Assembly: GCA_934140155.1 (NCBI GenBank) | Contig: CAKPBC010000001.1 | Span: 422,542-486,541 of the forward strand | DNA length: 64,000 nucleotides | Direction: 5' to 3' | Source: an uncultured Bacilli bacterium | Lineage (GTDB): Bacteria; Bacillota_I; Bacilli_A; RFN20; CAG-826 | Shown here: positions 41,625 through 50,523 of the stretch, in pieces | Layout: every line of letters starts with the position of its first letter | Position numbering within the stretch: the first letter of the stretch is position 1 | Notes under the pieces: generated by a model | What the model was told of the DNA's origin: nothing | Database searches by the model: none | What the model saw: only the letters and a program-made list of their open reading frames with translations | Position numbers and translations under genes: made by a program

Positions 41625-42842
41625 TTATTCACCGGTACTTGGGTTAGAAGGGATGATAATATCAACATTATCTTTACCAGTCATAACACTAGGAAGTTTT
41701 CCATCCCATTTTTCTAAATATTCTAAGTATTTAACAAATTCTACAACGACATTTAAATCATCTTTTGTATGTGTTTCATCATATACAATAGAATATTTTG
41801 TACTTGCTAATGAAGTTGATATTGTAGTTTTAATTAAATTATCTTCCTCATAACTAACCATAACGCCAACGTTAGGATAAGTATCTATCTCTGATTCAAC
41901 TGTTTCTTTAGAAACTATTTCGTTAGTTTGTGTATTTTCTTTAATAGTTTCGACACTTTGAATATAAGTTTCATTTACTTTAAAACCTAATGATTTAGAT
42001 AATTCGACAATTTTTAAGGCCATAGCTTCAGCAGAAGCAGAAGCAATAATTTTTTGACTTTCGGCATCACCACGAGCGGCTTCAATTTTAGCTTGTGCAG
42101 TTAATTTTGCGACTTCTAATTCTTGTTCCGCTTTTGTAATAGCGGCTTCTTTTTGTTGCTCCGCGACCACTTTATCTTCGACGGCTTTTTCAAATTCATC
42201 GGTAAAATCAATATTAGTTAAGTTAACTGCAGTAACTTGCACATAATATTTATTTCCAACTGTTTCTTTAACAACAGTTTCAACTTCTGGAGATATTTTC
42301 GCTCTTGTTTCAATGATTTTCATCGCAGTGTATTTAGATAATATTGATTTTGTATTATCATCTGCAACTTTTTCAATTCTTTGTCCTAAAGAATCCATAT
42401 TTGTGTATTCAGTTAAAATATTTTCCGCTTTTCCAGGATCAATTTTAAATTGCACGGTCATTTGTATGTTCATAGTTTGAGCATCACTAGAATAAGAACT
42501 AGTGTTAATTTCTAATTTTTGTACAGTAGTATCAAAATATGTGTAATTTGTAGTTAAACAAAAATCAAAATATGTTCCTGGTAAACGAGTGCCAACTACT
42601 TTACCTAAACTTTTAACAACTGCGACTTGTCCAGCTTCAACTTGATGGAAAGATCCAGGTATTAAAATAGTTCCTATTAAAGAAACAAGTAAACCGATAA
42701 TAGAAATCTTATTGAGCTTCTTTTTATTACCGTTAGTTACATCAATAATTTTTCCTTTCTTTGTGTTGGTGGAAACCGCAATTCCTACCAAAAATAGAAT
42801 AATAAGTGCAGCAAAAACGACAAATAAAATAGACTTAATCAT
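41625..42842 (-). CDS. SPFH/band-7 (prohibitin/HflC/flotillin-like) membrane protein with long C-terminal extension
   Basis: N-terminal TM then VEAGQVAVVKSLGKVVGTRLPGTYF...QTMNIQMTVQFKIDP (SPFH core); coiled-coil AEQQKEAAITKAEQELEVAKLTAQAKIEAARGDAESQ. RBS AAGGAGG. Confidence 0.8.
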   Translation of the reverse strand: MIKSILFVVFAALIILFLVGIAVSTNTKKGKIIDVTNGNKKKLNKISIIGLLVSLIGTILIPGSFHQVEAGQVAVVKSLGKVVGTRLPGTYFDFCLTTNYTYFDTTVQKLEINTSSYSSDAQTMNIQMTVQFKIDPGKAENILTEYTNMDSLGQRIEKVADDNTKSILSKYTAMKIIETRAKISPEVETVVKETVGNKYYVQVTAVNLTNIDFTDEFEKAVEDKVVAEQQKEAAITKAEQELEVAKLTAQAKIEAARGDAESQKIIASASAEAMALKIVELSKSLGFKVNETYIQSVETIKENTQTNEIVSKETVESEIDTYPNVGVMVSYEEDNLIKTTISTSLASTKYSIVYDETHTKDDLNVVVEFVKYLEYLEKWDGKLPSVMTGKDNVDIIIPSNPSTGE

Positions 42843-42878
42843 AATTATTTTCCTCCTTGATTATAGTTTATTTCCATG

Positions 42879-42990
42879 AAAAAAGATCATGGGGTCTTAC
42901 CATGATCTTGCGAAATCTTTTATTGATTAGTAATCCCAGTTTTATCAAACGGGTGTGTTGAGATTACTCGAGTACGCTACTCCTCAGGTG
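42879..42990 (-). ncRNA. Structured ~110-nt leader RNA with its own promoter and an intrinsic terminator, directly upstream of the SPFH gene RBS (candidate riboswitch/attenuator or sRNA)
   Basis: Minus-strand promoter TTGAAA (43019-43024), 17 nt, TATTAT (42996-43001). Transcript begins ~GCACCUGAGGAG. Hairpins GAGUA-GCG-UACUC and AGUAAUCUCA...UGGGAUUACU. Terminator AGAUCAUGG-uaagacc-CCAUGAUCU then UUUUUU (42879-42908), about 20 nt before the RBS. Local GC is higher than the surroundings. Confidence 0.5.
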
Positions 42991-43168
42991 CTTTTATAAT
43001 ACCATAAATCTATAGCATTTTCAATATTTTTGCAAAAAATCGCTATATTATAAAAAATTATTATTAATCGATTCGATTGTTTTGCGTTTACTTAGAAATA
43101 GCCATTAATTCATTTTTATAACATTCATTTATTGTTATAAATGATTATTAATGATAATATTTTTATAA

Positions 43169-44170
43169 GTGAGGAAAATACTTGTGGATAATTATCTAGA
43201 TTTAATACTACCTAATGATTTTAAGACTTATATTGATGAACATCTTTATGAGCTTAATAAAGATGAAACAATAAATCTAGCTAGTAAATGTTATGAATTA
43301 GGTGTTGCAAATGAAAAAACATCAATAAAAGAAGAACATTTAAAAAACGCTTTAAGAGTATTGTATCATCTTCAAGAAATGTATGAGATTATGCCACCAG
43401 ATCTGTTTTTCAAAATAAATTATGAATTAATATTAATATATATTGATAAAAATGACGAAAAAGAAGTAAGAAATACTTATAAAATTGTTCGTGATTATTA
43501 TAGGTTTTTTGATGATGATTATAAAAAAACATGTGCTTATGGATTTTCTTGTGTTGCTTTTAAATATATGGAGTACTTGTATTCTATTAAAGATTATAAG
43601 GGCTGTTTATTCCCATTTGATGAAATTTTTGATGGATTAATAAAAAACACTAAAGACGAATCAATGAATTTGCTTGCAAATGCATTTGCGCTCGTATCTC
43701 ATATTGGGTTTATCTATAATTTTAAAGAAAAAGCATTAAGCTATATGAAAAATGCTCTTTCTTTAGTGGAAGTATTAAGCGATAGATTTAAAGATAAATA
43801 TTCGCAAATTGCTTTATTTACTTTTAATTCAGGTAATATTTGTTTACAAATGGATGATTATGATAATGCAATTAAATATTTCATTCAAGCAAAAGATGTA
43901 TGTAAAAATAATAAATTTGATGATTCTAATGATATGTTTGCTATGAGTTCTAATTATATGGCACAAGCTTTAGTGCTAAAAAAAGAATATGAAGAAGCTA
44001 TCAATGAATATAAAAATGCAATAGAGTACTTAAATAATAATGAATTAAATGAAAATAAACGTAATATAAATATTAAAGATTTTTTAAATCGAATTGGGAT
44101 TATATATGAAAAGTATTTAAATAATGAAGAACAAAGCAAAATTTATTATGAAAAGGCAGAAAAAATTTGA
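43169..44170 (+). CDS. Cytoplasmic TPR-like repeat protein (333 aa), non-ATG start (GTG at 43169 or 43184)
   Basis: All-alpha with TPR-like repeats (LQMDDYDNAIKYFIQAKDV, LVLKKEYEEAINEYKNAIEY, GIIYEKYLNNEEQSKIYYEKAEKI). No HTH, no signal peptide. RBS-like GTGAGGA before GTG 43184. Confidence 0.6.
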   Translation: MRKILVDNYLDLILPNDFKTYIDEHLYELNKDETINLASKCYELGVANEKTSIKEEHLKNALRVLYHLQEMYEIMPPDLFFKINYELILIYIDKNDEKEVRNTYKIVRDYYRFFDDDYKKTCAYGFSCVAFKYMEYLYSIKDYKGCLFPFDEIFDGLIKNTKDESMNLLANAFALVSHIGFIYNFKEKALSYMKNALSLVEVLSDRFKDKYSQIALFTFNSGNICLQMDDYDNAIKYFIQAKDVCKNNKFDDSNDMFAMSSNYMAQALVLKKEYEEAINEYKNAIEYLNNNELNENKRNINIKDFLNRIGIIYEKYLNNEEQSKIYYEKAEKI

Positions 44171-44262
44171 TATTAGCAATCAAATATGTGAACATTGTAT
44201 AAAAAAAGTTTTGATTATATGTTAATAAATTATTATAATAAAAAAGTAAGAGGAAAAATAAT

Positions 44263-44913
44263 ATGGAAAAAAATGTATTTGAAGAAGCTGCAAAAGCTTA
44301 TGTTGAAGTGATGAATACTGCAACGGAAATGTTTAAATTTCATCAACAATCTATGGCAAATGAAGGAAAAAATTTTGACGTTCGTGTTGGTTTAAATCAA
44401 CTTGATGTTATTATTCAATACTCTATGCTCCAAGTCGCTCTTAATGATGGTAATTTAGATGAAAACGAAGTAGGATTTATTAAGTCAATGTCACAATTTT
44501 GTGATTTTTGTGACTATTTAAATCAAGCTGGATATCAAGGCGTTACTTGGGATGTAATTTTTAACACTGATGAAAATTCTTTAAAAGAAGTATTAGAAGA
44601 ATCTAGAAAGTCAGTTATTTCTTTATCAGAGGATTTTGTTAGAGTATTTTCATTAATTGACGCAATGACAGAACATAATTATTTAGATGATTTATATAAG
44701 AACTTCTGCGCAATCATCGCTGGCATTATGCAAGCAGATGGAAAAACATATAAAGAAGAAGTAACAAATGGCTGCTTATTAGTAGATTTACTTAATGCTG
44801 TTAATGCCAAAAAGAAAGATTTTGAAAACATAATTGCTGCAAGAAATTCACAACCAAAAGAACAACCAAATGCTAAAAAATCATTAAAAGATTATTATGT
44901 AAAAAAAAACTAA
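44263..44913 (+). CDS. Hypothetical protein with possible TerB-like tandem D-G...E motifs
   Basis: 216 aa; RBS AGAGGA. Two segments LNDGNLDENEVGFI and IMQADGKTYKEEVTNG resemble the duplicated DGxxxxxE signature of TerB-domain proteins. Weak assignment. Confidence 0.35.
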   Translation: MEKNVFEEAAKAYVEVMNTATEMFKFHQQSMANEGKNFDVRVGLNQLDVIIQYSMLQVALNDGNLDENEVGFIKSMSQFCDFCDYLNQAGYQGVTWDVIFNTDENSLKEVLEESRKSVISLSEDFVRVFSLIDAMTEHNYLDDLYKNFCAIIAGIMQADGKTYKEEVTNGCLLVDLLNAVNAKKKDFENIIAARNSQPKEQPNAKKSLKDYYVKKN

Positions 44914-44963
44914 TTAATCTTGATTCAGATAAAAAGGTTAATTACAAAAATAAAGAAGAAGCT

Positions 44964-45518
44964 TTGGCTTATATAGAAACTGATACTGGTTCAGGATCCG
45001 GATTCATGATTACAAATACCGGTCTATGTTTTACATGTAATCATGTGATTAAAGGCTCTACGGAAATCTATGTTGGTTTAATTAATAGTGAAGGTAAAAA
45101 GACTGTTTATAAAGCAAAGGCATTAATTCAAAATGAAGATGAAGATTTTGCTGTTATTGAATTAGAAGATTGTGTTGATAATTATTTCTATGAATTAGAA
45201 TTTGATTATAAAACACTTAAAACAGGTAATGATGTTGCTATATTTGGTTATCCATTTGGTTCAGCTTTAAATGATGAAATAATGGAACTAGAGCCGTCAC
45301 TTACTAAAGGATATATTTCTTCTAAAAATAAAATCAATGGTCACATTTGTTATTACTTAGATATTAATTCCGCACCTGGCAATAGCGGTGGCCCAGTATT
45401 TTCTTTAGATACTAATAAAGTAATTGGCTATTTATGTGGATCATATGGTAATGATCGCTCGGATATCATCTTTATTAGGACATTAGAATATTTTCTAAAA
45501 AATTATTTAAAAGATTAA
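44964..45518 (+). CDS. Minimal trypsin/chymotrypsin-fold (S1) serine protease, no signal peptide, TTG start
   Basis: 184 aa. GSGSGFMITNTGLCFTCNHVI (His), DFAVIELED (Asp), GNSGGPVFS (Ser) in canonical S1 order. No N-terminal hydrophobic segment and no PDZ domain. Confidence 0.7.
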   Translation: MAYIETDTGSGSGFMITNTGLCFTCNHVIKGSTEIYVGLINSEGKKTVYKAKALIQNEDEDFAVIELEDCVDNYFYELEFDYKTLKTGNDVAIFGYPFGSALNDEIMELEPSLTKGYISSKNKINGHICYYLDINSAPGNSGGPVFSLDTNKVIGYLCGSYGNDRSDIIFIRTLEYFLKNYLKD

Positions 45519-45703
45519 AAAAAGAAACCATTCTCTAGCGGAATGGTTTTTTAGTATGCTAAAGGAATTTTAAAATATAAAATAAAAAAGTGCTGTATTA
45601 AAAAAATATATATAAACATTTTTCTTAAGAATAGTTGATACTTTATTAAATGCCGTCTAAAATAAAATTGCATTTTAATTTGGACGGAGGTATAAGTATT
45701 GTA

Positions 45704-46093
45704 ATGAAAGCCATTGAAGTAGTTGCGGGTATTATAAAATATAATGACCAAATCCTTTGTATGCAAAGAGGATTAGATAAATATAACAATGTCAGTTATA
45801 AATGGGAGTTTCCAGGTGGAAAAATAGAAAATGGCGAAACTAAAGAAGAAGCATTGATTAGAGAATTAAAAGAAGAATTAGAAATTAATGTAGAAATTGA
45901 AAAGTATTTCACCACAGTTTTACATGAATATAATGCTTTTGCGGTAAATATTCATTATTTTATTTGTAAAACTAATGATAAACATTTAAATATGAAAGTG
46001 CATAATGATTATGCATGGTTAAATACAGATGAATTATCTAAATTAGATTGGGCACCCGCTGATAAAAAAGTAGTTAATATGTTAATAAAATAA
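45704..46093 (+). CDS. NUDIX hydrolase (MutT-like nucleoside di/triphosphate pyrophosphohydrolase)
   Basis: Start at MKAIEV (GGAGG upstream). Nudix box GGKIENGETKEEALIRELKEELEI (Gx5Ex7REUxEExGU). Confidence 0.8.
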   Translation: MKAIEVVAGIIKYNDQILCMQRGLDKYNNVSYKWEFPGGKIENGETKEEALIRELKEELEINVEIEKYFTTVLHEYNAFAVNIHYFICKTNDKHLNMKVHNDYAWLNTDELSKLDWAPADKKVVNMLIK

Positions 46094-46185
46094 TTTTAAC
46101 AAACTAATGCTATAAGTTGATATTATAATCACATTAGTTGAAACTAACTTATTAGGATGCTACCATAATTACGGAGGATAAAATT

Positions 46186-47115
46186 ATGGAGTTATTACAT
46201 AAAATAGATGAAGAAAAATTAGCACAAGCTAAAAATGGCCAAGGATTTATCGCAGCCTTAGATCAATCAGGTGGTTCAACACCCAAAGCATTATTAGGCT
46301 ATGGAGTTGATGAATCTTTTTATACCGTTAATGGTGTAAAAGATGAAGGTAAGATGTTTGATTTAGTTCATGAAATGCGTACAAGAGTTATTAAATCACC
46401 AGAATTTAATGGTAAAAAAATAATGGGCGCAATATTGTTTGAACAAACAATGGAAAGAAAGATTGATGGACTTTACACAAGTGAATATTTATGGAATGTA
46501 AAACACGTTGTTCCTTTCTTAAAATGTGATAAAGGATTAGAAGAAGAACATAATGGTGTTCGCTTAATGAAAGATATCCCTAATCTTGATGAAACATTAG
46601 AAAAAGCTGTCAAACATGGTGTATTTGGTACAAAAATGCGTAGTGTTATTAATCACTATAACGAAGAAGGTATTAAAGCAATCGTTGATCAACAATTTAA
46701 AGTTGGACTTCAAATTGCGCGTCATGGACTAGTACCTATCTTAGAACCAGAAACTACAATTACAAGTGAAGATAGAGAAAAGAGTGAACAATTACTTCAT
46801 GATTTATTTGTTGAACACTTAAATAAGCTTGATGATAATATCAAAATCATGATTAAAGTTTCTATTCCAGTAAATCCACATTTATATGATGATATTATTA
46901 CTAATCCACATGTTGTTCGTGTAGTGGCATTATCTGGTGGATATAGTCAAGAAGTAGCTAATGAAAAATTAAAACATATTAAAGGATTAATTGCTAGCTT
47001 CTCTAGAGCCCTATTAGAAAACTTAAAATATCAACAATCTGAAGAAGAATTTAATAAAACAATTGGACAATCAATTGATAATATTTATTCCGCTAGTGTG
47101 GATAAAGTATTATAA
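46186..47115 (+). CDS. fda: Class I fructose-1,6-bisphosphate aldolase
   Basis: 309 aa; RBS GGAGGA. Class I (Schiff-base) aldolase segments ALDQSGGSTPKAL, LFEQTM, KVSIPV, LSGGYS as in staphylococcal FdaB. Confidence 0.9.
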   Translation: MELLHKIDEEKLAQAKNGQGFIAALDQSGGSTPKALLGYGVDESFYTVNGVKDEGKMFDLVHEMRTRVIKSPEFNGKKIMGAILFEQTMERKIDGLYTSEYLWNVKHVVPFLKCDKGLEEEHNGVRLMKDIPNLDETLEKAVKHGVFGTKMRSVINHYNEEGIKAIVDQQFKVGLQIARHGLVPILEPETTITSEDREKSEQLLHDLFVEHLNKLDDNIKIMIKVSIPVNPHLYDDIITNPHVVRVVALSGGYSQEVANEKLKHIKGLIASFSRALLENLKYQQSEEEFNKTIGQSIDNIYSASVDKVL

Positions 47116-47132
47116 AATTTAAAATACTAATT

Positions 47133-47174
47133 AAAAAAGAACTGCAAATCTTATGAAATTGCAGCTCTTTTTTT
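47133..47174. terminator. Bidirectional terminator between fda (+) and the relB-like gene (-)
   Basis: AAAAAAGAACTGCAA-atcttatgaa-ATTGCAGCTC-TTTTTTT. Confidence 0.6.
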
Positions 47175-47191
47175 GATAAGTGTAAATAAAA

Positions 47192-47467
47192 TTACTTTTT
47201 TAATTCATCGAATAATTCATCAGTATTAGTGAAAGATTTTTTTGAGGAGTCATTAGAAATTCTTTCTGCCTCTTTAATCGCGGCTATTGTTTCTTTGTTT
47301 GGTTGTTCTTTATTAATCATAAAAGGTATACCTCCTTCACGAATTGATTGACGAATAAAAACATTAAAAGCAGTAGAAATGTTCATTCCTAATTCGGAAA
47401 ATAATTTTTCTGCTTGCTTTTTTAATTCCTTATCGATCCTAATAGTGATATTAGTAGAATTTTTCAT
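47192..47467 (-). CDS. RelB/DinJ-family ribbon-helix-helix antitoxin (orphan: no adjacent toxin gene)
   Basis: MKNSTNITIRIDKELKKQAEKLFSELGMNISTAFNVFIRQSIREGGIPF is typical DinJ/RelB RHH; 91 aa. Confidence 0.7.
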   Translation of the reverse strand: MKNSTNITIRIDKELKKQAEKLFSELGMNISTAFNVFIRQSIREGGIPFMINKEQPNKETIAAIKEAERISNDSSKKSFTNTDELFDELKK

Positions 47468-47489
47468 AAAATCACCTCATTTACATTTT

Positions 47490-47504
47490 ATGTGCATTGC
47501 ACAT
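47490..47504. promoter_or_regulatory. Perfect palindrome ATGTGCA-T-TGCACAT upstream of the RelB/DinJ-like gene (autoregulatory operator candidate)
   Basis: 7-1-7 perfect inverted repeat about 23 nt upstream of the start codon, overlapping the likely promoter. Confidence 0.5.
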
Positions 47505-47662
47505 CAAATGCAATATATTAATTTAAATAATACTCTTCCACACATTAATAATATAGTAATAAAAATATTGAATTTCGTTTATGTGTTTGTAATTTTTATT
47601 TTAACTAGCGTTTTTTGACATTCTTTTATATTATTAATATATGAATTGCTGGAGGGAAACTT

Positions 47663-48562
47663 ATGATAATTTGTACTGGTGAAATACTTGTAGATATGGT
47701 TGGAAGAATGAATAATGGTATATTACAATACGACCGCCATGCCGGTGGAGCGCCATTTAATGTTTGTTCGGCAATTGCAAAATTCGGTGGAGAATCCATA
47801 TTTAATGGAGCAGTAGGAAATGATTTAATGGGTGGCTTTCTTATCGATTTTGCTAATAAACAAAATATTAAAGCAATACATCTTAATATATCTCTTAATC
47901 GTAACACTACTTTAGCGTTTGTTGATATTGATGAGAATGGTGAAAGAAATTTTTGCTTTTATCGAAAAAATACCGCTGATTATCATTTAGAGCCAATAAA
48001 AGAAGTGGATTTAAAAAATGCTAATATTGTTCATTTTGGAAGTTTAATGCTATCAGAAAAAGAAGGATTTAAATTTGCACAAAAAGAAATGGAAAGGGCA
48101 AAGAAATTAGGAAAATATATTAGTTTTGATGTTAATTTTAGAACGGATATTTTTAAAAACGAAGAAGAGGCACTTGATAGATATAAAACTATATTAAAAT
48201 ATGTGGATATTGTTAAATTTTCTGAAGAAGAAGTAAATATATTTAGTAAAACATATGTGAAAAATTTATCACAACAGGCATTGGTTTGTGTATCTTTAGG
48301 TAATAAAGGTAGTAAATACATTTATAAAAATTTAACAAATAAAATACCTTCAATAAAAGTGAAACCTATTGATACTACTGGTGCTGGCGATGCTTTTTTT
48401 GCAGCAATATTAATGAATTTAGATGGTATTAATAGTAATGAGTGGAATAAAGAATTGTTAGATGAAATATTTAAGTTTGCTAATATTGCTGGAGCATTAA
48501 CGACATTAAAAGTTGGTGCAATTGATGGCTTACCTAGTAAGGAAGAAATAAAAAACTATTAA
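47663..48562 (+). CDS. PfkB-family carbohydrate kinase (fructokinase/ribokinase-like)
   Basis: N-terminal GGAPFNV and C-terminal DTTGAGDAFFAAIL motifs; RBS GGAGGG. Confidence 0.85.
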   Translation: MIICTGEILVDMVGRMNNGILQYDRHAGGAPFNVCSAIAKFGGESIFNGAVGNDLMGGFLIDFANKQNIKAIHLNISLNRNTTLAFVDIDENGERNFCFYRKNTADYHLEPIKEVDLKNANIVHFGSLMLSEKEGFKFAQKEMERAKKLGKYISFDVNFRTDIFKNEEEALDRYKTILKYVDIVKFSEEEVNIFSKTYVKNLSQQALVCVSLGNKGSKYIYKNLTNKIPSIKVKPIDTTGAGDAFFAAILMNLDGINSNEWNKELLDEIFKFANIAGALTTLKVGAIDGLPSKEEIKNY

Positions 48563-48796
48563 GTTGCTAAAGGATTAGATGTTGATTCATTAATTAATAG
48601 TTCTAAAACAAAAGAGGTATTTGTTTAGTGGGTACCAGCATTAGTAATTGTTAATGTTGTTGCTTTATCAGGTGCAGTAGATTGGTGTATTAGAATCTTC
48701 TTTCCCGAAGTATATAATAAAAAAGAAAAAAAGTTAAAAGAATGATATAATTTTACGAGTCGCTTCTTTACAAGGTGACTTTTTTTAGAAAAAGGT

Positions 48797-48856
48797 TTCG
48801 TGCAAAAGGTGCAAATTATGGATAATAAAAACATGTAAAAAGGTGCAAATTATTGA
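48797..48856 (+). repeat. Two direct copies of AAAAGGTGCAAATTAT within the 600-bp non-coding region upstream of ktrB
   Basis: gcaAAAGGTGCAAATTATgg (48797-48820) and aAAAAGGTGCAAATTATtg (48839-48856), 38 bp apart. Confidence 0.5.
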
Positions 48857-49167
48857 GTACTTTAAATATAAAATCAACTATAAAGATAAATAATATCAAT
48901 TTATAACAAATTTATTAATAAAACATGTGTGCAATAATGTCCATTAAGATCTTATTTAGCTTTGATGATATACCAATAATCGATTCTAAAATTTTTTAAG
49001 AAGTATTTAAATCGAAACTATTAACAATAAAAACTTAAAAAATTTTAGAGAAATTTTGTTGTAAAAGTAAATGACCAAGTAAATGACGTAGTAAAAGTGA
49101 ATTGTATATTATTGCTTTTGCTAGCATTAAAATATATAATTTATCTTGCTAAAGGAAGCGATGAAAG

Positions 49168-50514
49168 ATGAAAAAAAGTGCTATAAAACCACAATTTCTA
49201 ATCATATTATCTTTTTTATGTGTGATTTTAATAGGCACAATTCTTTTAATGTTACCTTTTGCAACGATTAATCATAGTGGTTTAGGATTTGTTGATGCTT
49301 TATTTGTAGCAACATCCGCGACATGTGTAACTGGCCTTTCCACTATTCATGTTGGTACGACATTATCTTTATTTGGACGAATAGTATTAGCGGTATTAAT
49401 TGAAATAGGTGGATTATCTTTCTTAACTTTAATTTCATTTGTTTTTGCTTTAATTGGTGGAAAAGAAAATATTTCACAAATGAATTTAATGAAAGAAGCG
49501 TTAAATCAAGAAAGTTTTAAAGGATTATATGCTTTAGTAAAAAAGATTGTTGTTATTGCATTTTCCATTCAATTAGTGGGAGCGTTATCTTATTTTTTGA
49601 TATTTTTATGTAAATATCATTTTTCAGTTGGCACATCATTAGAATATGGATTATTTCATGCTGTATCAGCATTTAATAATGCCGGATTTGATATATTAAC
49701 TGACCCATCAGTTACTTCATTAATGGCATATAAAGATGATATTGGTATCAACTTAACAACCATGATTTTAATTGTATTAGGTGGAATTGGATTTATTGTT
49801 TTAACGGATATATTAAAAAAGAAAAAATGGCGAAAATTTGAATTACATACTAAAGTTGTACTTGTTATGACCGCTAGTTTGATATTTGGCGGAGCAATAT
49901 TATTTAAGTTATTTTATACTTTAAATGATGAACCAATCACTTGGCTACAAGCGTTCTTTCAAAGTATTACAGCTAGAACAGCCGGATTCTTAACTCTTGA
50001 TGCTTCAACGCTACCTTCTAATAGTGGTGCTTATATCGTAATGCTTATTTTGATGTTTGTTGGTGCTTCACCTTGTTCTACTGGTGGAGGATTTAAAACA
50101 ACATCATTATTTGTTTTATTAGTAACAGTTATTTCATTTATTAAGGGTACATCAATTCATGCGTTTAAAAGAAAAATACCAAATACTATTATTTCTAAAG
50201 TATTGATATTATTTGTTAGTGAGTTGCTTTATATTTTTATCATAGTAGCCGCAATTGGCGTAATAGAAAATGGCGTTAAATCAGGAATAACTTTAGACGC
50301 AATTACGCTTGAAACTGTATCAGCATTTGCCACTGTGGGATTATCAACTGGTATTACTAGTAGTTTACATGTAGCAAGCAAAATACTAATTATTATAACT
50401 ATGTATATTGGTAGATTAGGACCATTGACATTGCTTTCTTTCTGGAATAATAGAAAAGAAGCAATTATAGAAAAGAATATTAAATTTGTTGAAGGAAATA
50501 TTACAGTAGGATAG
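49168..50514 (+). CDS. ktrB: TrkH/KtrB-family K+ uptake transporter membrane subunit
   Basis: 448 aa, about 10 TM, with repeated selectivity-filter-like motifs (VTGLSTI, NAGFDIL, TAGFLTLD, TVGLSTG). Confidence 0.9.
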   Translation: MKKSAIKPQFLIILSFLCVILIGTILLMLPFATINHSGLGFVDALFVATSATCVTGLSTIHVGTTLSLFGRIVLAVLIEIGGLSFLTLISFVFALIGGKENISQMNLMKEALNQESFKGLYALVKKIVVIAFSIQLVGALSYFLIFLCKYHFSVGTSLEYGLFHAVSAFNNAGFDILTDPSVTSLMAYKDDIGINLTTMILIVLGGIGFIVLTDILKKKKWRKFELHTKVVLVMTASLIFGGAILFKLFYTLNDEPITWLQAFFQSITARTAGFLTLDASTLPSNSGAYIVMLILMFVGASPCSTGGGFKTTSLFVLLVTVISFIKGTSIHAFKRKIPNTIISKVLILFVSELLYIFIIVAAIGVIENGVKSGITLDAITLETVSAFATVGLSTGITSSLHVASKILIIITMYIGRLGPLTLLSFWNNRKEAIIEKNIKFVEGNITVG

Positions 50515-50523
50515 GTGATAAAT

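Noticed and set aside
42860-43010. The GC-richer patch upstream of the SPFH gene as a tRNA or tmRNA
   Set aside because: There is no acceptor/T-arm architecture or CCA-proximal features. Instead there is a promoter, hairpins and a terminator in leader position, so it is annotated as a candidate cis-regulatory RNA.
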